DNA from: an uncultured Candidatus Saccharibacteria bacterium
GTDB taxonomy: Bacteria > Patescibacteriota > Minisyncoccia > Phycocordibacterales > JAACPR01
Length of the DNA: 64,000 nt
NCBI GenBank assembly: GCA_964538855.1
Contig: CAZIEY010000003.1
Coordinates: 34,435 to 98,434, forward strand
Direction of reading: 5' to 3'
Part shown: positions 10,859-21,054 of the stretch, piece after piece
How the letters are laid out: the number at the start of each line of letters is the position of its first letter
Numbering within the stretch: the first letter of the stretch is position 1
Made by a program: the position numbers and the translations under genes
The notes under the pieces: model-generated
Told to the model about the DNA's origin: nothing
Seen by the model: only the letters and a program-made list of their open reading frames with translations
Databases searched by the model: none

Positions 10859-10967
10859 ATCTTCGCACACCATATGTTTAAGTGCTTGACCATATTGCAC
10901 GTCTCTTCAAAAACCCGTACATTGTTACTCATTAGAGAGTGGGTTTTATTATTTTTTAAATTTAATT

Positions 10968-12758
10968 ATGAAACGAAAACAAACATTACAAGCGAGCGTT
11001 GCAATGTGTCAAAAAATTACATTATCAATCGCTACTTTTTTATTAATTTTCGGCGTAGTTTTTTCAGCACACTACGTACGAGCCGAGGGTGAAGAAGTTA
11101 CTTCAGATACACCGTCAGAAGTGAGCGAGCCTGAAACAACTGATAGCGCAGAAACTCTTTCAGTTGAAACTATGTCAGATGAGGAAGACGTAGAAGTTGA
11201 AGTGGTAGAAGAAGTAGTTGATGTTACAAGTGATGAAACTGGAGATGAGGTAGAAGATATTACACCAACAGTTTCAGAAGATTTTTCATCCGACGAATCG
11301 TTAGATGAACCACTTGAAGAAGTATTTGAAATGTTCTCTTCATTTGCGCCGATGCTCATGTCAGGAGCTCCAGCAACATCATCTGCTGCAATTCTTACAC
11401 CATCAATGCACGAGGATATTCACGGTGTGTACACATTTACTGCAGAATACAACAATCCATTATTTGAAGGTCCATACGGTTTGCGTTGGGCAATTCGAGC
11501 AGATGGTCTTTGTGACGGTGATACGCCGGCAGTACCAGTATTTGGTAACGTAGATGGCGCAACTACAAGCCCAGCTCATACAGCAGGTCATTTCGATAAT
11601 GAGTTTGCGTCATGGGATGGAGTTAATTTCTCAGCGACACTCGATTTCTCAGAACTTCCAGAAGGTGAATACTGTTTTGCATTCAACCCAAATCCAAAAG
11701 ATGTATATAGACAAACTGTACGTTTTAATCACGTAATTCCAAGAACAGGTTCAATTGTGATTTCAAAAGACGTGCTTAGTGAAGACGATTCAACAGAATT
11801 TTCAGTAACAGTGTTCGATGGTTCAGAAGGAACATATACTGGTTTAGTCTCAGAAGTATCTGTAGCAGAATTCAATGATTTGGAGCCAGGTACTTACACC
11901 ATCACAGAAAATGAAACATTGGGATATCATTTGGTATCTATCACATCAGGCGAAGCTCGTGACGTTGAAGGTGCTTTAACGGTAGAAGTTGTCGCAGGTG
12001 AAACTGTAGAAGTTCTCGTTACAAATGAACGTGGTATTCCGGAAGAACCTATGACTGACACTCTCACTATCAATAAGAACGTCATTGATAAAAATGACAA
12101 AGACATTTCGGACAACACATCATTTGAAGTAACTGTGTTTCCACTTCGTGTAGAATCACGCGTATCACCAATCGAATTAATAATTTCAGAAGACGCACCA
12201 GCTTCTATTGAATTAATATCAGGAGTGTATGAAGTGTGTGAGGTGCTTGAAGAGGGTTCTGATTATGAAGTGGTGAATGAATTTGTATCTGAAAAAGGAT
12301 TTGAGACTCCAACTAACTGCAGGATTGTCTTTATCGGCGAAGGTAATCGAGAAATTACATTTACTAACCGAAAATTAACTGAAGAAGAATCAGGTCGTCG
12401 ATCAAGTCGACGCCACCCAGTTGGAGGTTCAGTGCTCGGGGCGTTTACAGGTGATTCGTCAAATGGCGGTTCATGCGGAATGTACTTAAATTCATACATG
12501 AAAATGGGCGGACAAAATGACGCTGATCAAGTGCGAAAATTACAGGCCTTCCTTAATGAACAAGGCCACATTGTTCCAATTGATGGATTTTTTGGTGCAA
12601 GCACAGATGCGGCGGTTAAAGCATTTCAACGAGCACACACGGTAGAAATCTTGGCTCCATGGGGAATTACTGACCCAACTGGATACGTGTACAAGATGAC
12701 TCGATATGTTATGAATAATATGGTGTGCTCTGGTTCAGAAGCGACCCCAGTTTTGTAG
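10968..12758 (+). CDS. secreted acidic surface protein with Ig/SpaA-like repeats and C-terminal peptidoglycan-binding domain
   Basis: Signal peptide, Glu/Asp-rich tract, LEPGTYTITE, VRKLQAFLN..DGFFGASTDAAVKAFQ. Confidence 0.8.
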   Translation: MKRKQTLQASVAMCQKITLSIATFLLIFGVVFSAHYVRAEGEEVTSDTPSEVSEPETTDSAETLSVETMSDEEDVEVEVVEEVVDVTSDETGDEVEDITPTVSEDFSSDESLDEPLEEVFEMFSSFAPMLMSGAPATSSAAILTPSMHEDIHGVYTFTAEYNNPLFEGPYGLRWAIRADGLCDGDTPAVPVFGNVDGATTSPAHTAGHFDNEFASWDGVNFSATLDFSELPEGEYCFAFNPNPKDVYRQTVRFNHVIPRTGSIVISKDVLSEDDSTEFSVTVFDGSEGTYTGLVSEVSVAEFNDLEPGTYTITENETLGYHLVSITSGEARDVEGALTVEVVAGETVEVLVTNERGIPEEPMTDTLTINKNVIDKNDKDISDNTSFEVTVFPLRVESRVSPIELIISEDAPASIELISGVYEVCEVLEEGSDYEVVNEFVSEKGFETPTNCRIVFIGEGNREITFTNRKLTEEESGRRSSRRHPVGGSVLGAFTGDSSNGGSCGMYLNSYMKMGGQNDADQVRKLQAFLNEQGHIVPIDGFFGASTDAAVKAFQRAHTVEILAPWGITDPTGYVYKMTRYVMNNMVCSGSEATPVL

Positions 12759-12771
12759 AATTTAATAAGTA

Positions 12772-12811
12772 AAAAAAGCCGCATTTTACAAAATAAGATA
12801 CGGCTTTTTTT
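12772..12811 (+). terminator. rho-independent terminator
   Basis: AAAAAAGCCG...CGGCTTTTTT. Confidence 0.75.
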
Positions 12812-12848
12812 ATATTCACTCTCATGATAATCTATAAGTATAAAGAGT

Positions 12849-13799
12849 ATGCGAAAACACCTTAAAAATTATTTCATTCCACATGAAGGGAATGATCATC
12901 AGCCACATTTTTTGCGTGAAAAATGTCTCAGTGTACTGTTGGGAATAGTCATTATCACAACGTGTCTGTCTATGATTTTGGCGATACCTGCGGTGTCTAC
13001 TCGTTTTAATTATTTGGCTTCGATTTTGCCAGTAATACTTGTAGAAAAAGTAAATGAATCACGAGCAGAAATTGGAGAAAATCAGCTCGTGATGAATGAT
13101 ACTCTTTCGGTTGCTGCGCAACTCAAGGCAAATGATATGGCAGAGAAAGGATATTTTTCACATGTAAGTCCAGATGGAACAAGCCCGTGGTTTTGGATTC
13201 AAAAGGCGGGATATGTGTACACTGACGCAGGGGAAAATCTCGCGGTGAATTTCACGGATTCTGATGAGGTACATAACGCATGGATGAATAGTCCAGGTCA
13301 CCGTGCAAATATTTTGCGAGAAGGTTTTACTGAAATCGGTATCGCAACCGCATCTGGGACGTACAATGGTCGCCCTGCAATTTTCGTGGTTCAGTATTTT
13401 GGAAAGCCGCGCCCAACATTAGTACAAGTGACTTCATCTGCACCTATTTCGAATTCAACACAAGTATCTTCGGTACCCGTTGCGTCAACTTTAATGGATT
13501 CCGGCGAAACTTCATCCAAAGTGTTAGGTGAACAATATACAAGCACGACGACTATGGTCAGTAGTATACATCAATCAACTTGGTACGAGCGCGCTGCGGC
13601 GGCTCCTCGAACAACGTTGTTGTGGCTACTCGGTATTATTGCAGGCATTGTGAGTGTCGCGTTACTGCTCAAAATATGTGTGGCACGACATATTCAATAT
13701 CCAAAATTGATTCTTAATGGGGTGCTTGCTGTTGCGATTGTTATTGTATTGATGGGAGTTAGCCGTATGATGGGTGGTATAATATCGGGAGTTATTTAA
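12849..13799 (+). CDS. CAP/SCP domain membrane protein
   Basis: YFSHVSPDG, AGENLA, WMNSPGHRANIL. Confidence 0.9.
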   Translation: MRKHLKNYFIPHEGNDHQPHFLREKCLSVLLGIVIITTCLSMILAIPAVSTRFNYLASILPVILVEKVNESRAEIGENQLVMNDTLSVAAQLKANDMAEKGYFSHVSPDGTSPWFWIQKAGYVYTDAGENLAVNFTDSDEVHNAWMNSPGHRANILREGFTEIGIATASGTYNGRPAIFVVQYFGKPRPTLVQVTSSAPISNSTQVSSVPVASTLMDSGETSSKVLGEQYTSTTTMVSSIHQSTWYERAAAAPRTTLLWLLGIIAGIVSVALLLKICVARHIQYPKLILNGVLAVAIVIVLMGVSRMMGGIISGVI

Positions 13800-13803
13800 T
13801 TAT

Positions 13804-14637
13804 ATGCAAAAGAAATCTATCGGAGTATTTGATTCTGGGTTTGGTGGTATCGACATTTTACGTGGTATTGTACATGCGTTGCCAGAGTACAATTACATAT
13901 ATCTAGGAGACACCGCGCGCACACCATATGGCACACGATCTCAGGAAACTATTTATGAGTTTACTCGCCAGGCCGTTGAATTTTTATTCAAGCAAAATTG
14001 CGATTTAGTTATTTTGGCGTGCAACACTGCGTCGACAGTTGCGTTGCGAAAATTACAGCAAGAATTTTTACCGGCTCACTATCCCGATAAAAAAGTGCTT
14101 GGCGTGTTGATTCCTGCGGTTGAAGCGGCAATTGAGGCGACTCAAAATGGAAAAATTGGTGTCCTAGCAACCGAGGCGACGGTGGTGTCGTGTGCATTTC
14201 CTGCACAGCTCGAAAAAACCGCGGCTGCGTTGGGTGTAAAAAAACCACTTGTGATGTTTCAAAAAGCAGCGACATTACTCGCTCCTATTGTTGAAGCGGA
14301 AGACATACATCCAGAAGCCACAACGTTGATTATCAAAGATTATGTCGCTCCGCTTTTGGCAGAAGGTATCGACACACTCGTGCTCGGTTGCACACATTAC
14401 GGAATATTAGAAGCTCAAATCACGACGGCGGTTGGACCTCGCGTCACAATTATATCTGAAGGTCGTGTAGTGCCAGAAAAATTAGCAGTGTATTTAGAGC
14501 GTCATAAAGACATCGCAGACACAATTGCACGTGATGGGCAAGTCACATTTTATACGACCGATTTAACGGATCGATTTCAAAAATTGGGCAGCTTGTTCTT
14601 TGGACGAGAAATTACACCTCATAAAGTGCAGCTTTAA
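13804..14637 (+). CDS. murI: glutamate racemase
   Basis: FDSGFGG, ACNTAS, LGCTHY. Confidence 0.97.
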   Translation: MQKKSIGVFDSGFGGIDILRGIVHALPEYNYIYLGDTARTPYGTRSQETIYEFTRQAVEFLFKQNCDLVILACNTASTVALRKLQQEFLPAHYPDKKVLGVLIPAVEAAIEATQNGKIGVLATEATVVSCAFPAQLEKTAAALGVKKPLVMFQKAATLLAPIVEAEDIHPEATTLIIKDYVAPLLAEGIDTLVLGCTHYGILEAQITTAVGPRVTIISEGRVVPEKLAVYLERHKDIADTIARDGQVTFYTTDLTDRFQKLGSLFFGREITPHKVQL

Positions 14638-14644
14638 ATAAAAA

Positions 14645-15202
14645 TTAGAAGTGATATTGCTTTTTGAAAAGCGGAATGCTGATTGCAACTGCAATGGTGA
14701 CTATCACAAAATAGCCGAGCATAATTTCACCATACGAATACGGAATTGATTTGAGTGAGCCAAAAATTACCGATGTAGTCCATGATATGAATGAGATAGC
14801 GCCAGATGCAACCAAGAGGTGGGCTTTGCGTGCAAATTCATCTGATGAAGGCAGGTGAGTATTTTGATGACGGCGCATGCGCGGTAGATGCGTGAGGTGG
14901 AAAAAGATACCGTTTACAAAAATGATTCCGACGACGGTCATTTTTGCGAGAAACTTTGTCGAATGCATGTATTTCTCGATGTCTGTTAAAAAGAGACCGA
15001 TACCAGACACAATCAGGATGATGAGACCGAACCAGACCATGCGGCTCCCGAGGCGCATGAACTTGAATTCAAGAGGCTCGATTTTTTCATCTTTAATTGA
15101 GCTGAAAAAAATCAGATCACTCATATAAGCACCACCCGCACCAATAATGGCACCGAACACATGTACAATGGTGAGCGCTGTTTTTGTATCAATAAAATCC
15201 AT
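14645..15202 (-). CDS. hypothetical multi-pass membrane protein
   Basis: Five hydrophobic segments; extended -10 TGCTACTAT 6 nt before ATG 15202. Confidence 0.75.
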   Translation of the reverse strand: MDFIDTKTALTIVHVFGAIIGAGGAYMSDLIFFSSIKDEKIEPLEFKFMRLGSRMVWFGLIILIVSGIGLFLTDIEKYMHSTKFLAKMTVVGIIFVNGIFFHLTHLPRMRRHQNTHLPSSDEFARKAHLLVASGAISFISWTTSVIFGSLKSIPYSYGEIMLGYFVIVTIAVAISIPLFKKQYHF

Positions 15203-15237
15203 ATACACATAGTAGCATGTTTGCTATAATTTCGACT

Positions 15238-15846
15238 ATGCAAACTTCAACAAAATTTATTCTCGCAGTCATTGTACTCGCGATTGCCACTTATTTCATC
15301 TTCAATTATCGTTCAACTCCAGAAGATATTGAACAGGCAAGAGTAGGTGACGTTAATAATAATGGAAATAGTGTTACAAACGCATCTAGTACGCAATCAA
15401 AATCGGTCAAAGATTTTACAATGACTTTTACTGGGTATGGTCCAGCGGGCAAGGTCGAAGTTGGAACATTTGATACCAAGAGCTTTACTTATGCGGGTTT
15501 GTTAGAGGGAGGTTTACCACAAAACGCAGTTGCAACGTTTGATGTGCGGACGGTAAACACTGGAAAGAATGGCTTGAATAAGCACTTATGCGCCGATGAC
15601 TTTTTCATGTGTGAAAAATTTCCTGAATCAAAATTCGTAGTTACTGATGTAGAGCAAGTTCCGGGTACAAGTTATATTTTCTCGGGAAACCTTACTTTTA
15701 TGGGAGTTGAAAAATCTATCACATTCAATGCGAATTTAATTGACGGAGCATTTGTCGGAGAATTTCTACTCGATATTACTGCGTTTAACTTCAAATATGT
15801 TGGTGTTGATCCAAAAGTGTTGATCAAGTTTAGCTTCAAATTGTAA
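15238..15846 (+). CDS. YceI-family lipid/polyisoprenoid-binding protein
   Basis: VNTGKNGLNKHLCADDFF..EKFP, GNLTFMGVEK; N-terminal anchor. Confidence 0.8.
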   Translation: MQTSTKFILAVIVLAIATYFIFNYRSTPEDIEQARVGDVNNNGNSVTNASSTQSKSVKDFTMTFTGYGPAGKVEVGTFDTKSFTYAGLLEGGLPQNAVATFDVRTVNTGKNGLNKHLCADDFFMCEKFPESKFVVTDVEQVPGTSYIFSGNLTFMGVEKSITFNANLIDGAFVGEFLLDITAFNFKYVGVDPKVLIKFSFKL

Positions 15847-15968
15847 AATAAAAAATCTTAATTTTAAAGTCCTCGGGTCGCATCACGCACGTTCGTACAT
15901 GAATGTGCGTTTTGTTTTGATGCTCAACCAGACTTTTAAAATTAAGATTTTTTATTTTACAATTTGAA
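15835..15968. repeat. 34-bp perfect inverted repeat enclosing an internal hairpin, between convergent genes
   Basis: 15835-15868 is the reverse complement of 15935-15968. Confidence 0.9.
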
Positions 15969-15969
15969 A

Positions 15970-16716
15970 CTACATAAGACCCACACTCTTGAGTAACTCC
16001 ACTTTTTCTTCCATATAAAGCGCGCGGCTTTGACCGGGGAATAAACCGCCGAGGCGTAAATTCATGATCCGAGTTCGCTTCAAATCTTTGATTTGATAAC
16101 CGAGTGCTACACACATTCGCCGAATTTGGTGTTTTTTACCTTCGGTCAGAATGATTTTAAAAGTTCGATCTCCGGTAACTTTTACGGTGCAAGGTTTTGT
16201 CATGTAATCTTCGATGCGTACACCTTTTGACATTTTATTTTCGAACGACTCTTTGATTTCTTTATCAACTTTTACGACGTATTCTTTTTCGTGCTCGTAT
16301 TCTGGATTTAAAAGCTTGTCGATGATGCGCCCATCGCTTGTCATGAGCATCAAACCCTCGCTGTCTTTATCGAGTCGTCCAACATGCATTAGCTTTTTGC
16401 TTGGGTTAAAAAAACTGTCGACAGATTTTTCACCGAGCTGTGGGCTGTGCGAAACGACTCCTCGTGGTTTATAGAAAATGAAATATTCGTAATTGTGCGG
16501 CATGCGTTTAATTTCACTGTCGAGCTCGACCACGTCTTTTTCTTGAATTTTTTGACCGAGAACTGCTTTGACACCGTTTACCGTTACGAGTCCACGTTCT
16601 ATCATTTCGTCGGCTTGTCTACGTGAACAAAACCCCCGTGCGTGCAGATATTTATTGACTCGAATCGGATATTCGATGTTTGTGACCAATTCGTCTGTAT
16701 TTTCGTCTATATGCAT
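15970..16716 (-). CDS. rRNA pseudouridine synthase (RsuA/RluB/RluF family) with S4 domain
   Basis: CSRRQAD S4 domain, GRLDKDSEG, EGKKHQIRRM. Confidence 0.93.
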   Translation of the reverse strand: MHIDENTDELVTNIEYPIRVNKYLHARGFCSRRQADEMIERGLVTVNGVKAVLGQKIQEKDVVELDSEIKRMPHNYEYFIFYKPRGVVSHSPQLGEKSVDSFFNPSKKLMHVGRLDKDSEGLMLMTSDGRIIDKLLNPEYEHEKEYVVKVDKEIKESFENKMSKGVRIEDYMTKPCTVKVTGDRTFKIILTEGKKHQIRRMCVALGYQIKDLKRTRIMNLRLGGLFPGQSRALYMEEKVELLKSVGLM

Positions 16717-16797
16717 AATATTGACTATCTTACATAAAATTGGCGAAATAGCGAGTTTTTTATTACACAACGTTGGTCTGTAGTACAATAATAAATT

Positions 16798-17364
16798 ATG
16801 AGTATGAGCAATGCGTATATCAAAAATATCGTTGATACTTACTTAAAATTATTTCCCCAAGAGATAGATGATTTGAATATGTTATTGACTCAGCTGAAAG
16901 GTGATGAGTTGGTGGCGAATCGAAAGAATTTCTTTGGGCATATCACGGCGAGCGGTATTGTGATTCACAATAATAAAATACTTTTGATTTTTCATAATAA
17001 GTTTAAAAAATATATTCAACCCGGCGGCCATATAGAGAACGATACAACACTTCTTGAAGCTGCTCAAAGAGAAGTTACTGAAGAGACAGGGATTGAAGTT
17101 GTACCTCATAATTGGCATTTGCAAAATGGCGGAATTCCTCTTCGATTTAATACACACAAAATTCCGTATAATGAAGCGAAACAAGAACCGGAGCACTTTC
17201 ATCATGATGCGGTCTTTGTTTTTCGTACAACCGGGGGTGACGTTCATTTGCAGATGACAGAAGTCTCTGATTATAAATGGTTGCCAGTCGATTCACTATT
17301 CGATGAAAAATTCCTGAATGACACGTGCCAGAAAATCATTGCGATGAAATTGGATATGTTTTGA
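16798..17364 (+). CDS. NUDIX hydrolase
   Basis: PGGHIE...AAQREVTEETG Nudix box. Confidence 0.92.
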   Translation: MSMSNAYIKNIVDTYLKLFPQEIDDLNMLLTQLKGDELVANRKNFFGHITASGIVIHNNKILLIFHNKFKKYIQPGGHIENDTTLLEAAQREVTEETGIEVVPHNWHLQNGGIPLRFNTHKIPYNEAKQEPEHFHHDAVFVFRTTGGDVHLQMTEVSDYKWLPVDSLFDEKFLNDTCQKIIAMKLDMF

Positions 17365-17430
17365 TACGTGTAAGGTATTTTTGACAATGCGACTCCGGAT
17401 ATAGTAATCTTAATGCGACTCATCTTTTGC

Positions 17431-17506
17431 GCCGTTGTAGCTCAGTTGGTAGAGCACGTCATTGGTAATGACGAGGTCTCGGGTTCAATCCCCGACAATG
17501 GCTCCA
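17431..17506 (+). tRNA. tRNA-Thr (GGT)
   Basis: CGTCA-TTGGTAA-TGACG anticodon arm; encoded CCA. Confidence 0.96.
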
Positions 17507-17510
17507 TATT

Positions 17511-18545
17511 ATGAAATATACAATTAATAAAAAAATAGTTTTTATAAGTGTCGCTATCGTACTTATAATTGGTATATCGTATATGTTTTCTAAGTATGTA
17601 CCACAAGTGTCGACAAACACTGGGATATCACCTGAAGAGATGACTAAATCTCATCTCAAAACGTTTTCTAATGGGATAATTTCATTTACCTATCCCGATG
17701 AATTACAAATGCCAGATTCTCGAATGCCAGAACCTCTTACGCAAGCTTTTTTCTATACAAAAGAAGATTTGGCTCAGTCAGGTGAGAAGGAACCAGTTGT
17801 GTGGGTAGATTGCAAGAATCCAATTAAAGATATTGATTTGCACATCAACAAGGCAGTGTCTAATACATCTACACGAATCGAAGGTAATGATGGAATGAAT
17901 TTTGTTCTTGAAAAATTAGAGCTCAGCAACGATCAGGATCATGAGACATTGAATTACTCGAGAATTGTGTTTAATCGCTTTGATTCAAATTATTCGTGTG
18001 CAATACATATAGCTCCACGACGTTCCGCATCTCTAGTTAATGTAGCTGATCATATTTTTAATTCACTTACATCAGATATCGCTGCCGAACCTTACCCTCA
18101 AACTGTTATTGCTAAACCAGAATGGGGTATTTCATTCACAAAACCAAAAGGTTGGAATATGGTCGAAAGTGCGGACAATGAAATTGTTCTTTACAAAATG
18201 TACGGTGAAGAAGGTGGCGATGCAATTACGATTAAGTATAGGCCGCATTTTGAAGATCTCACCAATACAGATGCAAAGTTCGGTTACGTGACATATTTTT
18301 GGGGTATCGAAGAAAAACAATGGATGATGAGTGAGTCGAGTGAATATGATTTCAACACAATTACTTCGCCTGCTATCACTGAAGAATTTACACTCGATGG
18401 GTTACCAATTTTTCCTGGAAAAGGTAGATGGATGACAAAAATTATTCCATTCGATCAACATACTTTTCTTGAATTGAATATTACTGGTAGTGGTTATACT
18501 GATCCACTTCGTTTATTTGCGCAAGGTGTTCGAAAGTTGCAATAA
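17511..18545 (+). CDS. hypothetical membrane-anchored exported protein
   Basis: N-terminal TM; two ISFTYP/ISFTKP-type repeats. Confidence 0.7.
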   Translation: MKYTINKKIVFISVAIVLIIGISYMFSKYVPQVSTNTGISPEEMTKSHLKTFSNGIISFTYPDELQMPDSRMPEPLTQAFFYTKEDLAQSGEKEPVVWVDCKNPIKDIDLHINKAVSNTSTRIEGNDGMNFVLEKLELSNDQDHETLNYSRIVFNRFDSNYSCAIHIAPRRSASLVNVADHIFNSLTSDIAAEPYPQTVIAKPEWGISFTKPKGWNMVESADNEIVLYKMYGEEGGDAITIKYRPHFEDLTNTDAKFGYVTYFWGIEEKQWMMSESSEYDFNTITSPAITEEFTLDGLPIFPGKGRWMTKIIPFDQHTFLELNITGSGYTDPLRLFAQGVRKLQ

Positions 18546-18546
18546 T

Positions 18547-19422
18547 ATGTCCAAAGAATTGATTCAAAAAGAAATCGCCGACATTGAAACCGCCATGGTC
18601 GCGCCAGATTTTTGGAGTGACAAAACACGTGCGCAGGCGATGATAAAACGTTTGCAAGAATTAAAAGACTCGGCGGACGGGCTCGGCAAATATGATCGAG
18701 GAAATGCCGTTGTGACGATTTTTTCTGGAGCAGGTGGTGATGATGCTGAAGATTGGTCGGCAATGCTTCTGAAAATGTATTCGAAATACGCGGAGCATAA
18801 CGGATACGGCATAAATATTTTGTACTCGAATCAAAACACAAATGGTGGTTTTCGTACCATCACGTTTGAAGTGAATGGAAGAAACGCGTATGGAAATCTG
18901 AAAAACGAATCGGGTACGCATCGGCTTGTGCGCATCTCGCCGTTCAACGCAAATTCGAAACGCCAAACATCATTTTCGATGGTTGAAGTGATTCCGCAAC
19001 TCGATAAAGCCGACGAGACCGTAAAAATTCCACTAGAAGAATTGGAAATCGAATCAGCCAAAGCTTCCGGTCCTGGCGGTCAAAATGTGAACAAGCGCGA
19101 AACTGCTGTGCGCATTGTGCACATCCCAACAAAACTTTCGGTATTCGTTAGTAACGAACGCAGCCAAGCTCAAAACAAAGAAAAAGCTCTCGAAATTTTG
19201 CGAGGAAAATTATATGCGCTTAAAAAAATTGAGGATGAAAAGACACAGGCCGGCATGTCAGTTTCAAAAACTTCGACTGCAGAGTGGGGGAGCCAAATCC
19301 GCTCGTACGTCCTACACCCTTATAAATTGGTCAAAGATCACCGATCCAAGGTTGAAACTTCTGATATTGATGGTGTACTATCTGGAGAAATTGACATCTT
19401 CATAGAATCCATGAAAAAATAG
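18547..19422 (+). CDS. prfB: peptide chain release factor 2 (short N-terminal domain)
   Basis: SPF tripeptide (RISPFNA), GPGGQNVN, WGSQIRSYVLHPY. Confidence 0.93.
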   Translation: MSKELIQKEIADIETAMVAPDFWSDKTRAQAMIKRLQELKDSADGLGKYDRGNAVVTIFSGAGGDDAEDWSAMLLKMYSKYAEHNGYGINILYSNQNTNGGFRTITFEVNGRNAYGNLKNESGTHRLVRISPFNANSKRQTSFSMVEVIPQLDKADETVKIPLEELEIESAKASGPGGQNVNKRETAVRIVHIPTKLSVFVSNERSQAQNKEKALEILRGKLYALKKIEDEKTQAGMSVSKTSTAEWGSQIRSYVLHPYKLVKDHRSKVETSDIDGVLSGEIDIFIESMKK

Positions 19423-19428
19423 AGAGAT

Positions 19429-20109
19429 ATGATCTATTTCGACAGCGTTACAAAAGTTTATAATGATAACACTAAAGCTCTCGAAAACGTCAGCTTTAAA
19501 ATTGCGCCGCATGAATTCGTTTCTATTGTCGGACATTCTGGTGCTGGAAAAACTTCGCTCATAAAATTATTGCTTGCCGAAGAAAAACCGTCAGAGGGGG
19601 TTGTGTATTTTGAATCTGCTGATGTTCATAAAATGCGCAAGCGCGACATGAAAAAATTGCGTCGCCGTATCGGAACAATTTTTCAGGATTTTCGACTTTT
19701 GCCAAATAAAAATGTGTACGAAAATATTGCGTTTGCGATGGAGGTCGCCGGCCGGACCGATGATGAAATTGCTTCTGATGTCCCGCATGTATTGCAATTG
19801 GTCGGTCTTGAAAACAAGTTTTTGAATTTCCCGCACGAATTATCTGGTGGAGAACAGCAACGTGTCGCTATTGCTCGAGCTATCGTCAATCAACCTGATG
19901 TGATTATTGCTGATGAGCCAACAGGAAACCTTGACCCTGTGAATACCTATGAAATTGTCCAGATTTTGAAAAAAATTAATGACCTCGGTACAACCGTAAT
20001 TCTGACGACTCATAATAAGGGTGTGATCGATGAACTTGGTCGACGTGTAATTGTGATGGATAATGGGCGAGTTATTAATGACGACGCAAGTGGTAAATAT
20101 ACGATATAA
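19429..20109 (+). CDS. ftsE: cell division ATP-binding protein
   Basis: GHSGAGKT, FQDFRLL, LSGGEQQRV; upstream of ftsX. Confidence 0.93.
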   Translation: MIYFDSVTKVYNDNTKALENVSFKIAPHEFVSIVGHSGAGKTSLIKLLLAEEKPSEGVVYFESADVHKMRKRDMKKLRRRIGTIFQDFRLLPNKNVYENIAFAMEVAGRTDDEIASDVPHVLQLVGLENKFLNFPHELSGGEQQRVAIARAIVNQPDVIIADEPTGNLDPVNTYEIVQILKKINDLGTTVILTTHNKGVIDELGRRVIVMDNGRVINDDASGKYTI

Positions 20110-20118
20110 TAAAAACTA

Positions 20119-21042
20119 ATGTTTTTCATCAATTTTAAACGAATAATTAAAACGGGGTTTATGAATTTTTGGCGTAACGGTGTGGTGTCACTTTCGGCAG
20201 TGATGGTGATGTCTGTCACGTTAATAATTATTGCATCAGTAATGTTTACGAGTGCACTTTTGAATCACACGCTCGAAGGGCTCAAGGATAAAGTAGATGT
20301 GAATGTAAATGCACTTCCGACTGCATTCGAGGATGATATTCTCTTGCTGAAAAAGTCACTCGAAAGTTTGCCAGAGGTGGAGAGCGTCGAATATTTGACT
20401 CGTGAACAAGTTCTTGAGAATTATAAAGCTCGTCACGCCGATGACCAGAAAATTCTCTCGGCGCTTGATGAGTTAAATGACAACCCTTTTGGTGCGTCGT
20501 TGAATGTGAAAGCAAAAGATCCAGAACACTATATAAATATTGAAACTTTTTTGAATGAAAATTATCCCGCTAATACCACTGATTCGATTATCGACAATGT
20601 GAATTACGCGAATAAAAAAGTTGCGATCGAAAAACTTAATAAAATTGTTATTGCTGGCGAGCAATTGGGTGCAATTGTAACCTTTGTGTTTATTCTCATT
20701 TCAATTCTCATCACTTTAAACACAATTCGACTCGCTATGTTTATTTCTCGCGATGAAATCAAGGTTATGAATTTGGTTGGTGCCGACAGTAGTTACATTA
20801 GCGGACCGTTTATTATCACGGGTGCGATGTATGGATTATTTTCAGCAATTTTTGTGCTCGCACTACTATACCCGATTACGTATTGGATTGGTCCGAAAAT
20901 TTCCGAAGCTTTCTTTGATATGAATGTCTTCAGTTACTATCTAGTAAACTTCGGACAGATGTTTTCTGTGATTTTGAGTGCCGGAATCATCATTGGTTCC
21001 ATCTCAAGTTTTCTCGCTGTTAATAGGTATATCAAAAAATAA
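20119..21042 (+). CDS. ftsX: cell division permease
   Basis: NTIRLAMFISRDEIKVMNLVGA; four-TM layout. Confidence 0.92.
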   Translation: MFFINFKRIIKTGFMNFWRNGVVSLSAVMVMSVTLIIIASVMFTSALLNHTLEGLKDKVDVNVNALPTAFEDDILLLKKSLESLPEVESVEYLTREQVLENYKARHADDQKILSALDELNDNPFGASLNVKAKDPEHYINIETFLNENYPANTTDSIIDNVNYANKKVAIEKLNKIVIAGEQLGAIVTFVFILISILITLNTIRLAMFISRDEIKVMNLVGADSSYISGPFIITGAMYGLFSAIFVLALLYPITYWIGPKISEAFFDMNVFSYYLVNFGQMFSVILSAGIIIGSISSFLAVNRYIKK

Positions 21043-21054
21043 AAAATTACTGTC

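Noticed and set aside
18490-18560. Programmed +1 frameshift in prfB
   Set aside because: No CTTTGA slippery site or upstream short ORF; the gene reads continuously from ATG 18547
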